This document shows, piece after piece, positions 19,117 through 27,266 of a DNA stretch of 57,492 bases. The first letter of the stretch is position 1; each line of letters begins with the position of its first letter. Location: assembly GCA_964649575.1 (NCBI GenBank), contig CAZYRI010000002.1, forward strand, positions 1 to 57,492, written 5' to 3'. This DNA is from an uncultured Clostridium sp. (GTDB lineage Bacteria > Bacillota_I > Bacilli_A > RF39 > UBA660). Under the pieces are notes generated by a model. That model searched no databases. It was not told the DNA's origin and worked only from the letters and a program-made list of their open reading frames with translations. The position numbers and the translations under genes were made by a program.

Positions 19117-20013
19117 ATGAAAGATGTTAATTTGAATTCCTTAAAAATATTTTTAGTAGTTGCCACCTCTAATAGCTTTTTAGAAGCTTCTAATAAACTT
19201 TATATTTCTCAACCTGCGATAAGTAAAAGTATAAATAAATTAGAAGAAAATTTAGGAGTTTCCCTTTTTTATAGGGCTAATAAAGGTGTAACTTTAACAT
19301 CAGATGGTGAAATTTTATTAAAATATGTAAAAGATTCAAGAAAATTATTATTAGCTTGTGAAAGAATGTTGTCATCAAATAATAGTTTAGATTCTGGTAG
19401 TATTGTAATAGGTGCTCAATCACATATAGTTCGTAATTTTTTATTAGAAAAAATAAATGATTTTAGAAAATCCTTTCCTAATGTTATATTTAAAATTGTT
19501 GATTTATCAACTTTAGAACTTATAGAAGGACTTGAAAAGCATGAACTTGATTTTGTTGTTGATTCTTCTCCAATAAATACTCCATATAATAATTTAAGAA
19601 TACAACCTATATACAATTTAGATACATGTTTTATTAAATCTAGTGAGAATAAGAAAGTATATAAAAAAATTACTGATTTAGAAAGTGAATGCATTATAAT
19701 GCCAATCTCAAGAAGTTCTCTTAGAAAAAACTTATTTAAATCAATTGAAAATACTGCTGATATTAGACCACAATTGGAGTATGGTACTGAAGAATTAATT
19801 GTTGAGTCTGTTAAACGTAATATGGGAATAGGTTATGTAGTTAAAGGAGAAAGTTTAAAAATAGATAATAATAAAATTGATATTCTTGATTTAAATATTT
19901 CACTTCCGACGATTGAAATAAATTTAGTATATATAGATAGTTATTTAACACCGCTAGCTCGTGAATTTATTAAAAAAGAATTTGATGTAAAAGAGGTTGA
20001 TACTAATGAATGA
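19117..20013 (+). CDS. LysR-family transcriptional regulator
   Basis: N-terminal wHTH (LKIFLVVATSNSFLEASNKLYISQPAISKSINKLEENLGVSLFYR) plus a ~200-aa substrate-binding domain. Confidence 0.88.
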   Translation: MKDVNLNSLKIFLVVATSNSFLEASNKLYISQPAISKSINKLEENLGVSLFYRANKGVTLTSDGEILLKYVKDSRKLLLACERMLSSNNSLDSGSIVIGAQSHIVRNFLLEKINDFRKSFPNVIFKIVDLSTLELIEGLEKHELDFVVDSSPINTPYNNLRIQPIYNLDTCFIKSSENKKVYKKITDLESECIIMPISRSSLRKNLFKSIENTADIRPQLEYGTEELIVESVKRNMGIGYVVKGESLKIDNNKIDILDLNISLPTIEINLVYIDSYLTPLAREFIKKEFDVKEVDTNE

Positions 20014-21028
20014 TAGTTTTGCATTATATAAAAAATTATATAAACTTAATGATGTTAAAATAAAAGAAGTAAAAGATAATACAATAAATTTTTTGATGTT
20101 TGATTCGAATTTAAATTTTTATATGCTTTGTGATAATAGTATACTTAGTTATTCTTTCGATTTAAATTTAGGAATTATTGATATTATTGGAAATATAGAG
20201 CAAACATATAAGATAAAAGTTCTTAATTATTTTCCAGTTTGTTATGCAAATGGAAACTCTTTAATGATGGCTTGTAAGATTTCTATTGATAATACTAGAT
20301 ATCTAAAAGAATTTAATATTGATTCATATAAAGAGGTAATTAGACTTATAAAAGAAAAAATCGATTATTATTTAGAAGAATACGATGATGAAAGTATTAT
20401 TATTGAAAAATATCATCGAAGATATAAAATATATAATAAATTTATTAAAAAGATATTTTTAACAGAAAAGAAAAGAAAGAAAAAAGAATTTTTGTCTTTA
20501 ATTAAAAGATTATGTGGAAAATATAATTCAATAATAGATGTTTCTTGTGGCGATAATTTAGATATAAGTAGAATATCTGATAAAGATAATATTGTGGTTC
20601 TTAATGACATTAGTTTATATCAAATAAGATGTTGCGAGTCTAAAAGTCATAATGCATTATATACTAATGATAATATACTCGATTTGAATTTTAAAAAGAA
20701 TATTTTTGATGTTTCATATTGTAAAAATACACTTCATCATATGAATAATGATGAAGAAATTATTAAACTATTAAATAGTATGTATGATATATCTAATAAA
20801 TTAGTTATAGTAGAAATTGAAGATCCTAAGAGTGTTGGGGGAATATCTAAATTATTAAATAAATACTTATATAGTGATTATTTAAAAGATGCTGGAAAAT
20901 ATTTTTTGGGTTTTTGTAAATTTAAAAGAATAATAGATAATAATTTTAAGAAAAAATGTAATATTAGTTACTTGTCTTTTAAAAATGTACTTGGTAACTA
21001 TATGATTGTAGTTATAGAAAAGAGGTAG
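20006..21028 (+). CDS. Two-part protein: unknown N-terminal half plus a C-terminal class I SAM-dependent methyltransferase domain
   Basis: Motif I-like IIDVSCGDN, then VLNDIS, then FDVSYCKNTLHHM. The start overlaps the lysR stop. The ORF opens at TTG 19997, and ATG 20006 follows RBS AGAGG. Confidence 0.6.
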   Translation: MNDSFALYKKLYKLNDVKIKEVKDNTINFLMFDSNLNFYMLCDNSILSYSFDLNLGIIDIIGNIEQTYKIKVLNYFPVCYANGNSLMMACKISIDNTRYLKEFNIDSYKEVIRLIKEKIDYYLEEYDDESIIIEKYHRRYKIYNKFIKKIFLTEKKRKKKEFLSLIKRLCGKYNSIIDVSCGDNLDISRISDKDNIVVLNDISLYQIRCCESKSHNALYTNDNILDLNFKKNIFDVSYCKNTLHHMNNDEEIIKLLNSMYDISNKLVIVEIEDPKSVGGISKLLNKYLYSDYLKDAGKYFLGFCKFKRIIDNNFKKKCNISYLSFKNVLGNYMIVVIEKR

Positions 21029-21030
21029 TT

Positions 21031-22113
21031 ATGAGTAGTAGAATTGAAACTGAAAAGAAATATTATTGTGTTAATAATAGAGATTTACTTGATAAAATTA
21101 AGATGCTTAATTATAAACTTATTAGCGAAGGAAATGAAACAGACGAGTACTTTACTGATATAAATAGTGAATATATAAAAAGAAGAACTTGTCTTAGAAT
21201 AAGAAAAAGTAATAATGATATGGAAATTACTTTTAAAGGAAAATCTAAAGATTTTAGTAGTTCTTTTACTAAACTTGAATCTAATTTTAAGATGGAACCA
21301 GAAAACTATGATAATTTTGTTAGTTTATTTTCAATGTTGGGCTATTATAGTTATACTATTGTTAATAAAAAAAGATATACTTATCAACTTAAATATAGTG
21401 ATTATACTTATAGTATTATGGTTGATAATATTGAAGATTTAGGTGGATTTGTTGAGTTTGAAATAGTATGTGATAATAAAACAGTTGATGAAGATGTTTT
21501 AAGAAGTAGATTAAATCAATTTGTATCTTTATTTTCAAGCTTGAATTTAGAAGAAGCTAAACTTCCATATAGAGATTTTGTTGCGATTAAAAAGTATAAT
21601 GAAATATTACCTAATAAAAATATAAAAGGTATTCATATTAATTTAGATGAATTTTTAAAAAATTATGAAAAAGACTTTTATAGTTATTATAAATTGGTAA
21701 TGACAAAAGAATTTAATACTTCTCTTAAATGGAAAGAATTTAAAGATGATATATATAACTCTATGATTAATCCTGATATTGAATGTAAATTTAATGTATA
21801 TTTCGATAATTTAAGTATTCGAGATGGTATGTTTATGGTTCTTTTTGAATTATTGAAACAAATAAAAAGTATGGGTTTAGAAATAATATTATCAACTAAT
21901 ACTAATGAAACATTCATTAATAGTTTAATATCTAAAATGTCTAAAAATGTTATAGATAAAGTTGTGTATTTAAATAATAATAAAGCTATTTATAATGAAT
22001 TAAATAAAAATAGTATTGATATTAAAGAATATTTTAATATTTCAAAATACACTTTAAAAGAAACAAATTCATTACTTTTAATTATAATAAATAATTTTGG
22101 TATAACTAAATAA
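21031..22113 (+). CDS. CYTH-domain protein (CyaB class IV cyclase / triphosphate tunnel metalloenzyme family) fused to a ~180-aa HAD-like C-terminal region
   Basis: IETEKKYY (the EXEXK signature), LRIRK....EITFKG, ESNF, DNIEDLGGFVEFEI. The C-terminal part has IHINLDEF (in the position of a degenerate DxDxT) and ILSTNTNE. Confidence 0.65.
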   Translation: MSSRIETEKKYYCVNNRDLLDKIKMLNYKLISEGNETDEYFTDINSEYIKRRTCLRIRKSNNDMEITFKGKSKDFSSSFTKLESNFKMEPENYDNFVSLFSMLGYYSYTIVNKKRYTYQLKYSDYTYSIMVDNIEDLGGFVEFEIVCDNKTVDEDVLRSRLNQFVSLFSSLNLEEAKLPYRDFVAIKKYNEILPNKNIKGIHINLDEFLKNYEKDFYSYYKLVMTKEFNTSLKWKEFKDDIYNSMINPDIECKFNVYFDNLSIRDGMFMVLFELLKQIKSMGLEIILSTNTNETFINSLISKMSKNVIDKVVYLNNNKAIYNELNKNSIDIKEYFNISKYTLKETNSLLLIIINNFGITK

Positions 22114-22156
22114 TATTTTAATATAAAATTTACTTTTAATAATTAATAATTATATA

Positions 22157-22193
22157 AAAATAACTAAAATTTCTAATAAGTTTTAGTTATTTT
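22157..22193 (+). terminator. Rho-independent terminator separating the two operons
   Basis: aaaataactaaaa-tttctaataag-ttttagttatttt. The stem is perfect over 10+ bp and a T-rich tail follows. Confidence 0.6.
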
Positions 22194-22265
22194 TATTATG
22201 AAAAAAATGTATTTTTCTTTTCAATAATTTATTAATATACTTAAATTAGAAAGGAGAAAAAAATT

Positions 22266-22973
22266 ATGAGAAAGAAAACTATTGTTATAACTGGCGGTTC
22301 TAATGGAATTGGAAAACATATTTCTTTACTATATTTAAAAGATAATTATAATGTTTGTGTTATTGATAAAGATTGTAATAATAAAAATATAGATATTGAT
22401 TATTATATTGGTGATATTTCGAATGAGTTTCAAATGAGAAGTATTTTCAAAACTATTGGTTCTAAATATAAAACTATTGATATTCTTGTTAATAATGCTG
22501 CTAGACAAGAAATATCTAGTTTTGAAAAAATGTCTATTAGTAGTTTTAAAAGCATTATTAATAATAATTTAAATGGTGTGTTTATATGTAGTAAATTTGC
22601 TTATAAATATATGAAAAGTGGTTCTAAAATACTTAATATTTTATCTGTTCATCACTTTAAGCCTAGAATGAATAAATATCATTATGATGTATCTAAAGCA
22701 GGAATAAGAATGTTAACTAAAGAGTTAGCTTTAGAATTAGCTTCTAAAAATATTACGATTAATTCATTATCTTTTGGAGCAGTTAAAACTAATATGAATA
22801 AAGAATGGTTAGATAATACTGATGAGGTTAATGATGTTATATCTAAAGTTCCATTAAAGATTTTATTTGAAGCTAATGAGATTGCTTCTTTTGCAAAAAG
22901 TATTCTTGATTTATTTGCAACATATACAACTGGTAGTGATTTTATTATTGATGGTGGGAGAAGTTTGGTATGA
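22266..22973 (+). CDS. Short-chain dehydrogenase/reductase (SDR)
   Basis: ITGGSNGIGK (TGxxxGxG), NNAA, and catalytic YDVSK (YxxxK). Confidence 0.85.
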   Translation: MRKKTIVITGGSNGIGKHISLLYLKDNYNVCVIDKDCNNKNIDIDYYIGDISNEFQMRSIFKTIGSKYKTIDILVNNAARQEISSFEKMSISSFKSIINNNLNGVFICSKFAYKYMKSGSKILNILSVHHFKPRMNKYHYDVSKAGIRMLTKELALELASKNITINSLSFGAVKTNMNKEWLDNTDEVNDVISKVPLKILFEANEIASFAKSILDLFATYTTGSDFIIDGGRSLV

Positions 22974-23971
22974 CAAATGTTTTTAAAAAAACTAAGAAAG
23001 TAGAGACTAATAAAGGTGAATTTGGTTTTTGTAAATATAATAATAAAAGATATTTTTATAAACAAGTGAGTGATGTGTCTACTGAAATTAAAAGATATAA
23101 AATATTATCTAATTATTATAAAACTCCAAGTTTAATTAGTTCATTTGATAATATTATTATTTATGAATTAAAAGATTCATTGGTTAATTATACTATTCAT
23201 GAATATCTTTATAAAGAAAATATTGATTTTGATTTTAATATTATTATAAAACAATATAAAAATAATTTAGAATCTACTTATCTAATATCTGAGAATAATT
23301 TAATAAATAAAAAGTTTTATAAAGATAGGGTAAAGGCAGTAAAAGATTATTTATCTGATAATAAATTTAATCAAATTTATATATATAATTATAAAGAGTG
23401 TGATATTCGAAAAATATTAAATGATACTGTTAATCATATATCTTTAGATAAAAAATTATATTCATTTATAACAAATGGAGATCCTACTGATACTAATATA
23501 TCAATAGATGGTTACTTTTCTGATTATGAGTGTGCCGGATATAATAGTATTGTTGGTGAAATTGCTATATTTGTTATTTCAATATTAACACATGGATCTT
23601 ATTTTTATCCAAAATATAATAAAAAAGTTTATTCTTTTAGACCATATATCTTAAAAGAATATAATAAATATAAAATTAGTGTTAATAGAAGAAACAATAA
23701 GATTGATGGGAAGATTAAAGTTGCTTTTAAAAATAAAAATTTGGTTCTTGATTATTTAGAATTTTATAATGATACATTGTGTTCAAGAGTCAAAGAAAAC
23801 GTGAATCAATATTTAAAATATTATTTAATAATGCGAGTACTTACTCCAATAAATGTTCTTAAAATTGATGATTCAGATTTTAATACAATAGTATTTCTTA
23901 TTATAAAGTTCAGTGAAATTAATTCTTTAGAAGATTTAATAAAATTAATAAGAGAGTGTGATTTATTATGA
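22970..23971 (+). CDS. Aminoglycoside/choline-kinase-fold phosphotransferase-like protein
   Basis: TNGDPTDTNISI aligns with the (H)xDxxxxN catalytic loop. FSDYECAGYNSIVGEIA aligns with the IDxEYAGxN...D segment of the LicA/APH family. ATGA overlap with the SDR gene. Confidence 0.5.
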   Translation: MTNVFKKTKKVETNKGEFGFCKYNNKRYFYKQVSDVSTEIKRYKILSNYYKTPSLISSFDNIIIYELKDSLVNYTIHEYLYKENIDFDFNIIIKQYKNNLESTYLISENNLINKKFYKDRVKAVKDYLSDNKFNQIYIYNYKECDIRKILNDTVNHISLDKKLYSFITNGDPTDTNISIDGYFSDYECAGYNSIVGEIAIFVISILTHGSYFYPKYNKKVYSFRPYILKEYNKYKISVNRRNNKIDGKIKVAFKNKNLVLDYLEFYNDTLCSRVKENVNQYLKYYLIMRVLTPINVLKIDDSDFNTIVFLIIKFSEINSLEDLIKLIRECDLL

Positions 23972-24696
23972 AATATTTAGAAGTTAGATATTGTGATTTC
24001 TTTGATGAAAAAATATATTTAAATGAAAAAATAAATAATTTGTTTAATGATATTAATAAATATACTTTAAATAATATTGATAAGATAAGTGAACTATGTA
24101 ATAGTAAAGTGTTTAAAGTTCCTAGTTATATTAAAGAATGTGCATGGGGAAGTGAAAAAATATTTTTAGCTTTTTCAAACAAGTTATTTAAAGTAATAGA
24201 TACTTCATTAAATGATACTTCTTTACAATTACATCCATTAAAAAAAGAAATATGGTATCCAATAAAAAATTGTGTTATAAATGATGGTAAAAAAGATATA
24301 TCTGTTGATAAAACAGATAAAATAATTATAAAAGAAAATACTGTTCATTCATTAAGAAAGGGTTCTATTGTATTCGAAATTCAAGATAATACTTTATTTA
24401 ATCATTTGGAAACTATACGTATATATGATGAATCTAATAGAGAAATACATGAAGATAGATTTTATTCTCATAATATGCCTATGTTTAGAAATAAAATTAA
24501 AATTATTAAAAGGCTAAAAGGAGAAAAATGTGTATTACAAAAGAATTCATTTATATATTCATTTGATAAAATAAATATTCTTAATGAAACTAGATATGAA
24601 ATAAATAAAAATGAACTTTGGTATTTATCTAAGGGAACAGAAATTCTTGATGATGGGGATTATTTAATAATAGAATGTAAATTTTTTAAGTTATGA
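23968..24696 (+). CDS. Cupin-fold protein, type I phosphomannose-isomerase-like
   Basis: WGSEKIF ... SLQLHPLKKEIWY resembles the PMI motif ...WGsE... lSvQvHP...KtE.Wy. ATGA overlap upstream. Confidence 0.45.
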   Translation: MKYLEVRYCDFFDEKIYLNEKINNLFNDINKYTLNNIDKISELCNSKVFKVPSYIKECAWGSEKIFLAFSNKLFKVIDTSLNDTSLQLHPLKKEIWYPIKNCVINDGKKDISVDKTDKIIIKENTVHSLRKGSIVFEIQDNTLFNHLETIRIYDESNREIHEDRFYSHNMPMFRNKIKIIKRLKGEKCVLQKNSFIYSFDKINILNETRYEINKNELWYLSKGTEILDDGDYLIIECKFFKL

Positions 24697-24703
24697 GGTT
24701 ATT

Positions 24704-25318
24704 ATGAAAGTGTTTTATATATTAAAGCCGGATATGTTAAGAAATAGAGATGCTCTTAAATATTATGAGAATGGTGTGCTTGATAGTTTGTTTGTTCATG
24801 ATGCTGAATTCTTTTATATAAGAGAGTGGACTGAATTTTCAAAAATGTTATATGATCAGGATGAAAATTTAACTTTAGAACAATTAAAAGATAAAAGAAA
24901 AAAGGTTTTAACCACAATTTTGGGTTATGAAAAGTATTTTAATGGTGAGAGTGCTGTTTTGAATACTTTTAATATACCTGATGATGAAAAATGTTTAAAA
25001 GAATTATTTGATTTTAAAAAGAGATTAAGAAGGCTATTTGTATATGGTACTGATCAACATTTTGTAAGTATTTCTAATTCTGAAATTATTCCTTTTCAAA
25101 ATAAGATTATTACATATGATTTAGATGAACTTGATTTAGAATATAGAATTTTGCCTTCTAATGCAGTTATGGATGATGAAAGGTTTAGAATGATATTTTT
25201 TAATAAAATACATTTTCCAGATCCTGATAGTGTTTCTTTAAAAAAAGATTTAGAATTACTGAGGGAATATGGTGTTTTTGAAGAAAAAAATAAAATATTA
25301 CATTTGGTGGTGAGATAG
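24704..25318 (+). CDS. Hypothetical protein
   Basis: 204-aa ORF in the operon with no motif I can assign. A superficial 'ILKPD' N-terminus is insufficient for an NDK call, because the NxxHGSD motif is absent. Confidence 0.5.
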   Translation: MKVFYILKPDMLRNRDALKYYENGVLDSLFVHDAEFFYIREWTEFSKMLYDQDENLTLEQLKDKRKKVLTTILGYEKYFNGESAVLNTFNIPDDEKCLKELFDFKKRLRRLFVYGTDQHFVSISNSEIIPFQNKIITYDLDELDLEYRILPSNAVMDDERFRMIFFNKIHFPDPDSVSLKKDLELLREYGVFEEKNKILHLVVR

Positions 25319-26064
25319 TGGATTATTCATATATTTTAAAGAAGCTTAATAAGGATTATCCTATAAAATATATTGAACTTATTAATAAAGTAGTAAATTC
25401 AATGATTTCTATATTCGATGATAACTTGATTACAATAGTTCTTGGTGGTTCCTCTGGAAAAGGAAATATTATTGAGGGATGGTCTGATATAGATTTATAT
25501 GTTATATTAAAAACTTATGATGTTTATGCGATTAGTGATATTACAAAATATATATCAAAAGAGAAAATACACATTGGTATAACATATTATTTATATGGTG
25601 AAGTTGTTAATAATATAATTGATGGAAAAACAAAAATAATGTTATATGAGAAACAAGTATATAAAGTTAATCCAACACTATATGGTAGTGATACAATCTT
25701 TAATAAGATTTCTTATAGAGAAGTAAAACAAAATGATAAAAATTCATTTTCTGCGGTACTTCATGATATAAGAAGAAGGTGTATGAGTTTATATACTAAT
25801 AAAGATGAAAAAATAGAAAAAACATATATTAAAAAATTATTAGTATTAGTTAAATGTATTTTAAATTATTATGATATATTTTCATATGGATATGATAAAA
25901 CATTTACTAAATTCAAACTATTATGTGATTTAAAATATGGTGAATTGACTAGTATAAATAATTTTAATATAATGAAGGTAATTAATAATATAAATAGTTC
26001 TAAGGAAGATGTTTTAAAGTTTTCTTTTGAATTATTTAAACTAATAGAAAAAATTAATTTATGA
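25318..26064 (+). CDS. Pol-beta-superfamily nucleotidyltransferase (ANT/KNTase-like) with a helical C-terminal domain
   Basis: GGSSGKGNIIEGWSDIDLYVIL matches the G[GS]x9-13D.D signature. The GTG start overlaps the preceding stop by 1 nt. Confidence 0.6.
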   Translation: MDYSYILKKLNKDYPIKYIELINKVVNSMISIFDDNLITIVLGGSSGKGNIIEGWSDIDLYVILKTYDVYAISDITKYISKEKIHIGITYYLYGEVVNNIIDGKTKIMLYEKQVYKVNPTLYGSDTIFNKISYREVKQNDKNSFSAVLHDIRRRCMSLYTNKDEKIEKTYIKKLLVLVKCILNYYDIFSYGYDKTFTKFKLLCDLKYGELTSINNFNIMKVINNINSSKEDVLKFSFELFKLIEKINL

Positions 26065-26076
26065 AGGAGAGTTATA

Positions 26077-26478
26077 ATGGATAAAAGAGTTAGTTCAAGA
26101 GCTATTATTATTGATGATGGAAAATTACTTGCAATGTTTAGAAGAAAGGTTAAAAAAGATGGTAGTATTAAAGAATACTATGTAATACCTGGTGGTGGGC
26201 TTGAAGAAGGAGAAACACTAGAAGAAAATGTTATTCGTGAACTTAAAGAAGAATTTAATGTAGATATAGAGATTATTAAGTTTATGGGTACTGAAGAATA
26301 TGATGATACTATTGCTAATTATTTCTTATGTAAAATAGTTAATGGAACTCCTAGGTTAGGTGGAGAAGAGTTAGATAGAATGACTCCTGAAAATTATTAT
26401 GAAGTTAGATATATAGATTTAAAAAATATTGATAATTATGATATAAATGCTAAGGATTTAATTAAAAGTGTGTTATGA
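26077..26478 (+). CDS. NUDIX hydrolase
   Basis: Nudix box GGGLEEGETLEENVIRELKEEFNV. RBS AAGGAGAG. Confidence 0.88.
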   Translation: MDKRVSSRAIIIDDGKLLAMFRRKVKKDGSIKEYYVIPGGGLEEGETLEENVIRELKEEFNVDIEIIKFMGTEEYDDTIANYFLCKIVNGTPRLGGEELDRMTPENYYEVRYIDLKNIDNYDINAKDLIKSVL

Positions 26479-26865
26479 AAGATATAAAAATAATAAATAA
26501 TATAGAACCTAATGATTTATTTCTTATGAGAAGAAGTGTTAAATGGAAAGAGTTATCTATTAAGCAAATAGAAATTGCTCTTAAAAATACTATGTGTATT
26601 GTTTCTATAAATGTGTTGCATGTGATAGAGTAGTAGGTGAGGGGATTTTTCAGATATTATAGTTCATCCTGATTATCAAAAACATGGTTATGGTAAAATA
26701 GTTGTAACTAATTTATTAGAACAAATTTCTAATTATTTAGATGAAGGTGAACAGTTTCAATTAGAAGCTACTCCTACTAATGGTAATAGAGAATTTTATA
26801 TAATATGTGGTATGAAATATAAACCTGAAAATCAAGTTGGTGTATATTTATGGATAAAAAAATAA
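26475..26865 (+). pseudogene. Frameshifted GNAT-family N-acetyltransferase remnant
   Basis: Three consecutive frames are needed to read the sequence. Frame a gives MKDIKIINNIEPNDLFLMRRSVKWKELSIKQIEIALKNTMCIVSIN..stop. Frame b gives CVACDRVVGEGIFQIL-stop. Frame c gives DIIVHPDYQKHGYGKIVVTNLLEQ...EFYIICGMKY, the GNAT motif A region. No fragment reached the 60-aa ORF track. Confidence 0.7.
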
Positions 26866-26893
26866 AGACTGTTTAATTTTCTAAACAGTCTTT
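26864..26893. terminator. Bidirectional terminator
   Basis: Perfect 12-bp stem aaagactgttta / taaacagtcttt with a 6-nt loop, between convergent genes. Confidence 0.75.
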
Positions 26894-27187
26894 ATTCCCC
26901 TTCTTATTCTTCTTTTTCACTTTTTCAATTTTAAGTGTATATCCAACTGGACCAAGTATATCCATCATGGCTTTAACAGTAGGTGAGTGCATGTTACTTT
27001 CAATTCTAGCAATTTTAACTCTTCCTACATTTGAATATAAACTTAACAATTCTTGAGTTAGATTATTTTCTTTTCTGAATGATACAAAGTCTTTTAAAAA
27101 TTCTTGATATAATTCATTAGGAGTTTTTTCTACCTCAATATAATTAATATAATCATACATCTTCTTCATGGCTGTATATTGTAGCAC
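26873..27187 (-). CDS. XRE-family helix-turn-helix transcriptional regulator
   Basis: NNLTQELLSLYSNVGRVKIARIESNMHSPTVKAMMDIL is a Cro/C1-type HTH. The gene is divergent from the AMP-ligase gene. Confidence 0.7.
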   Translation of the reverse strand: MLQYTAMKKMYDYINYIEVEKTPNELYQEFLKDFVSFRKENNLTQELLSLYSNVGRVKIARIESNMHSPTVKAMMDILGPVGYTLKIEKVKKKNKKGNKDCLEN

Positions 27188-27233
27188 AATTGATACATAT
27201 TGTCAATTTAATATTTATTGTTTTATTAAGAAG

Positions 27234-27242
27234 TGATATAAT
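27234..27242 (+). promoter_or_regulatory. Extended -10 element (TGaTATAAT) for the AMP-ligase gene
   Basis: TG-a-TATAAT at 27234-27242, 25 nt upstream of ATG 27267. An AATTGA-N9-TCAATT inverted repeat at 27188-27208 lies between the divergent genes. Confidence 0.5.
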
Positions 27243-27266
27243 CTAGGCAATTGAAGGGGAATGATT

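Noticed and set aside
24704-25318. Nucleoside-diphosphate-kinase-like call, based on the N-terminal 'FYILKPD' string
   Set aside because: Only the first few residues resemble NDK, and the catalytic NxxHGSD region is absent. The gene is left as hypothetical.
27188-27208. AATTGA-N9-TCAATT inverted repeat between the XRE gene and the AMP-ligase gene, considered as the XRE operator
   Set aside because: The arms are only 6 bp and AT-rich, and the interior is not symmetric. The idea is plausible but too weak to report as a finding. It is mentioned in the evidence for the promoter feature only.
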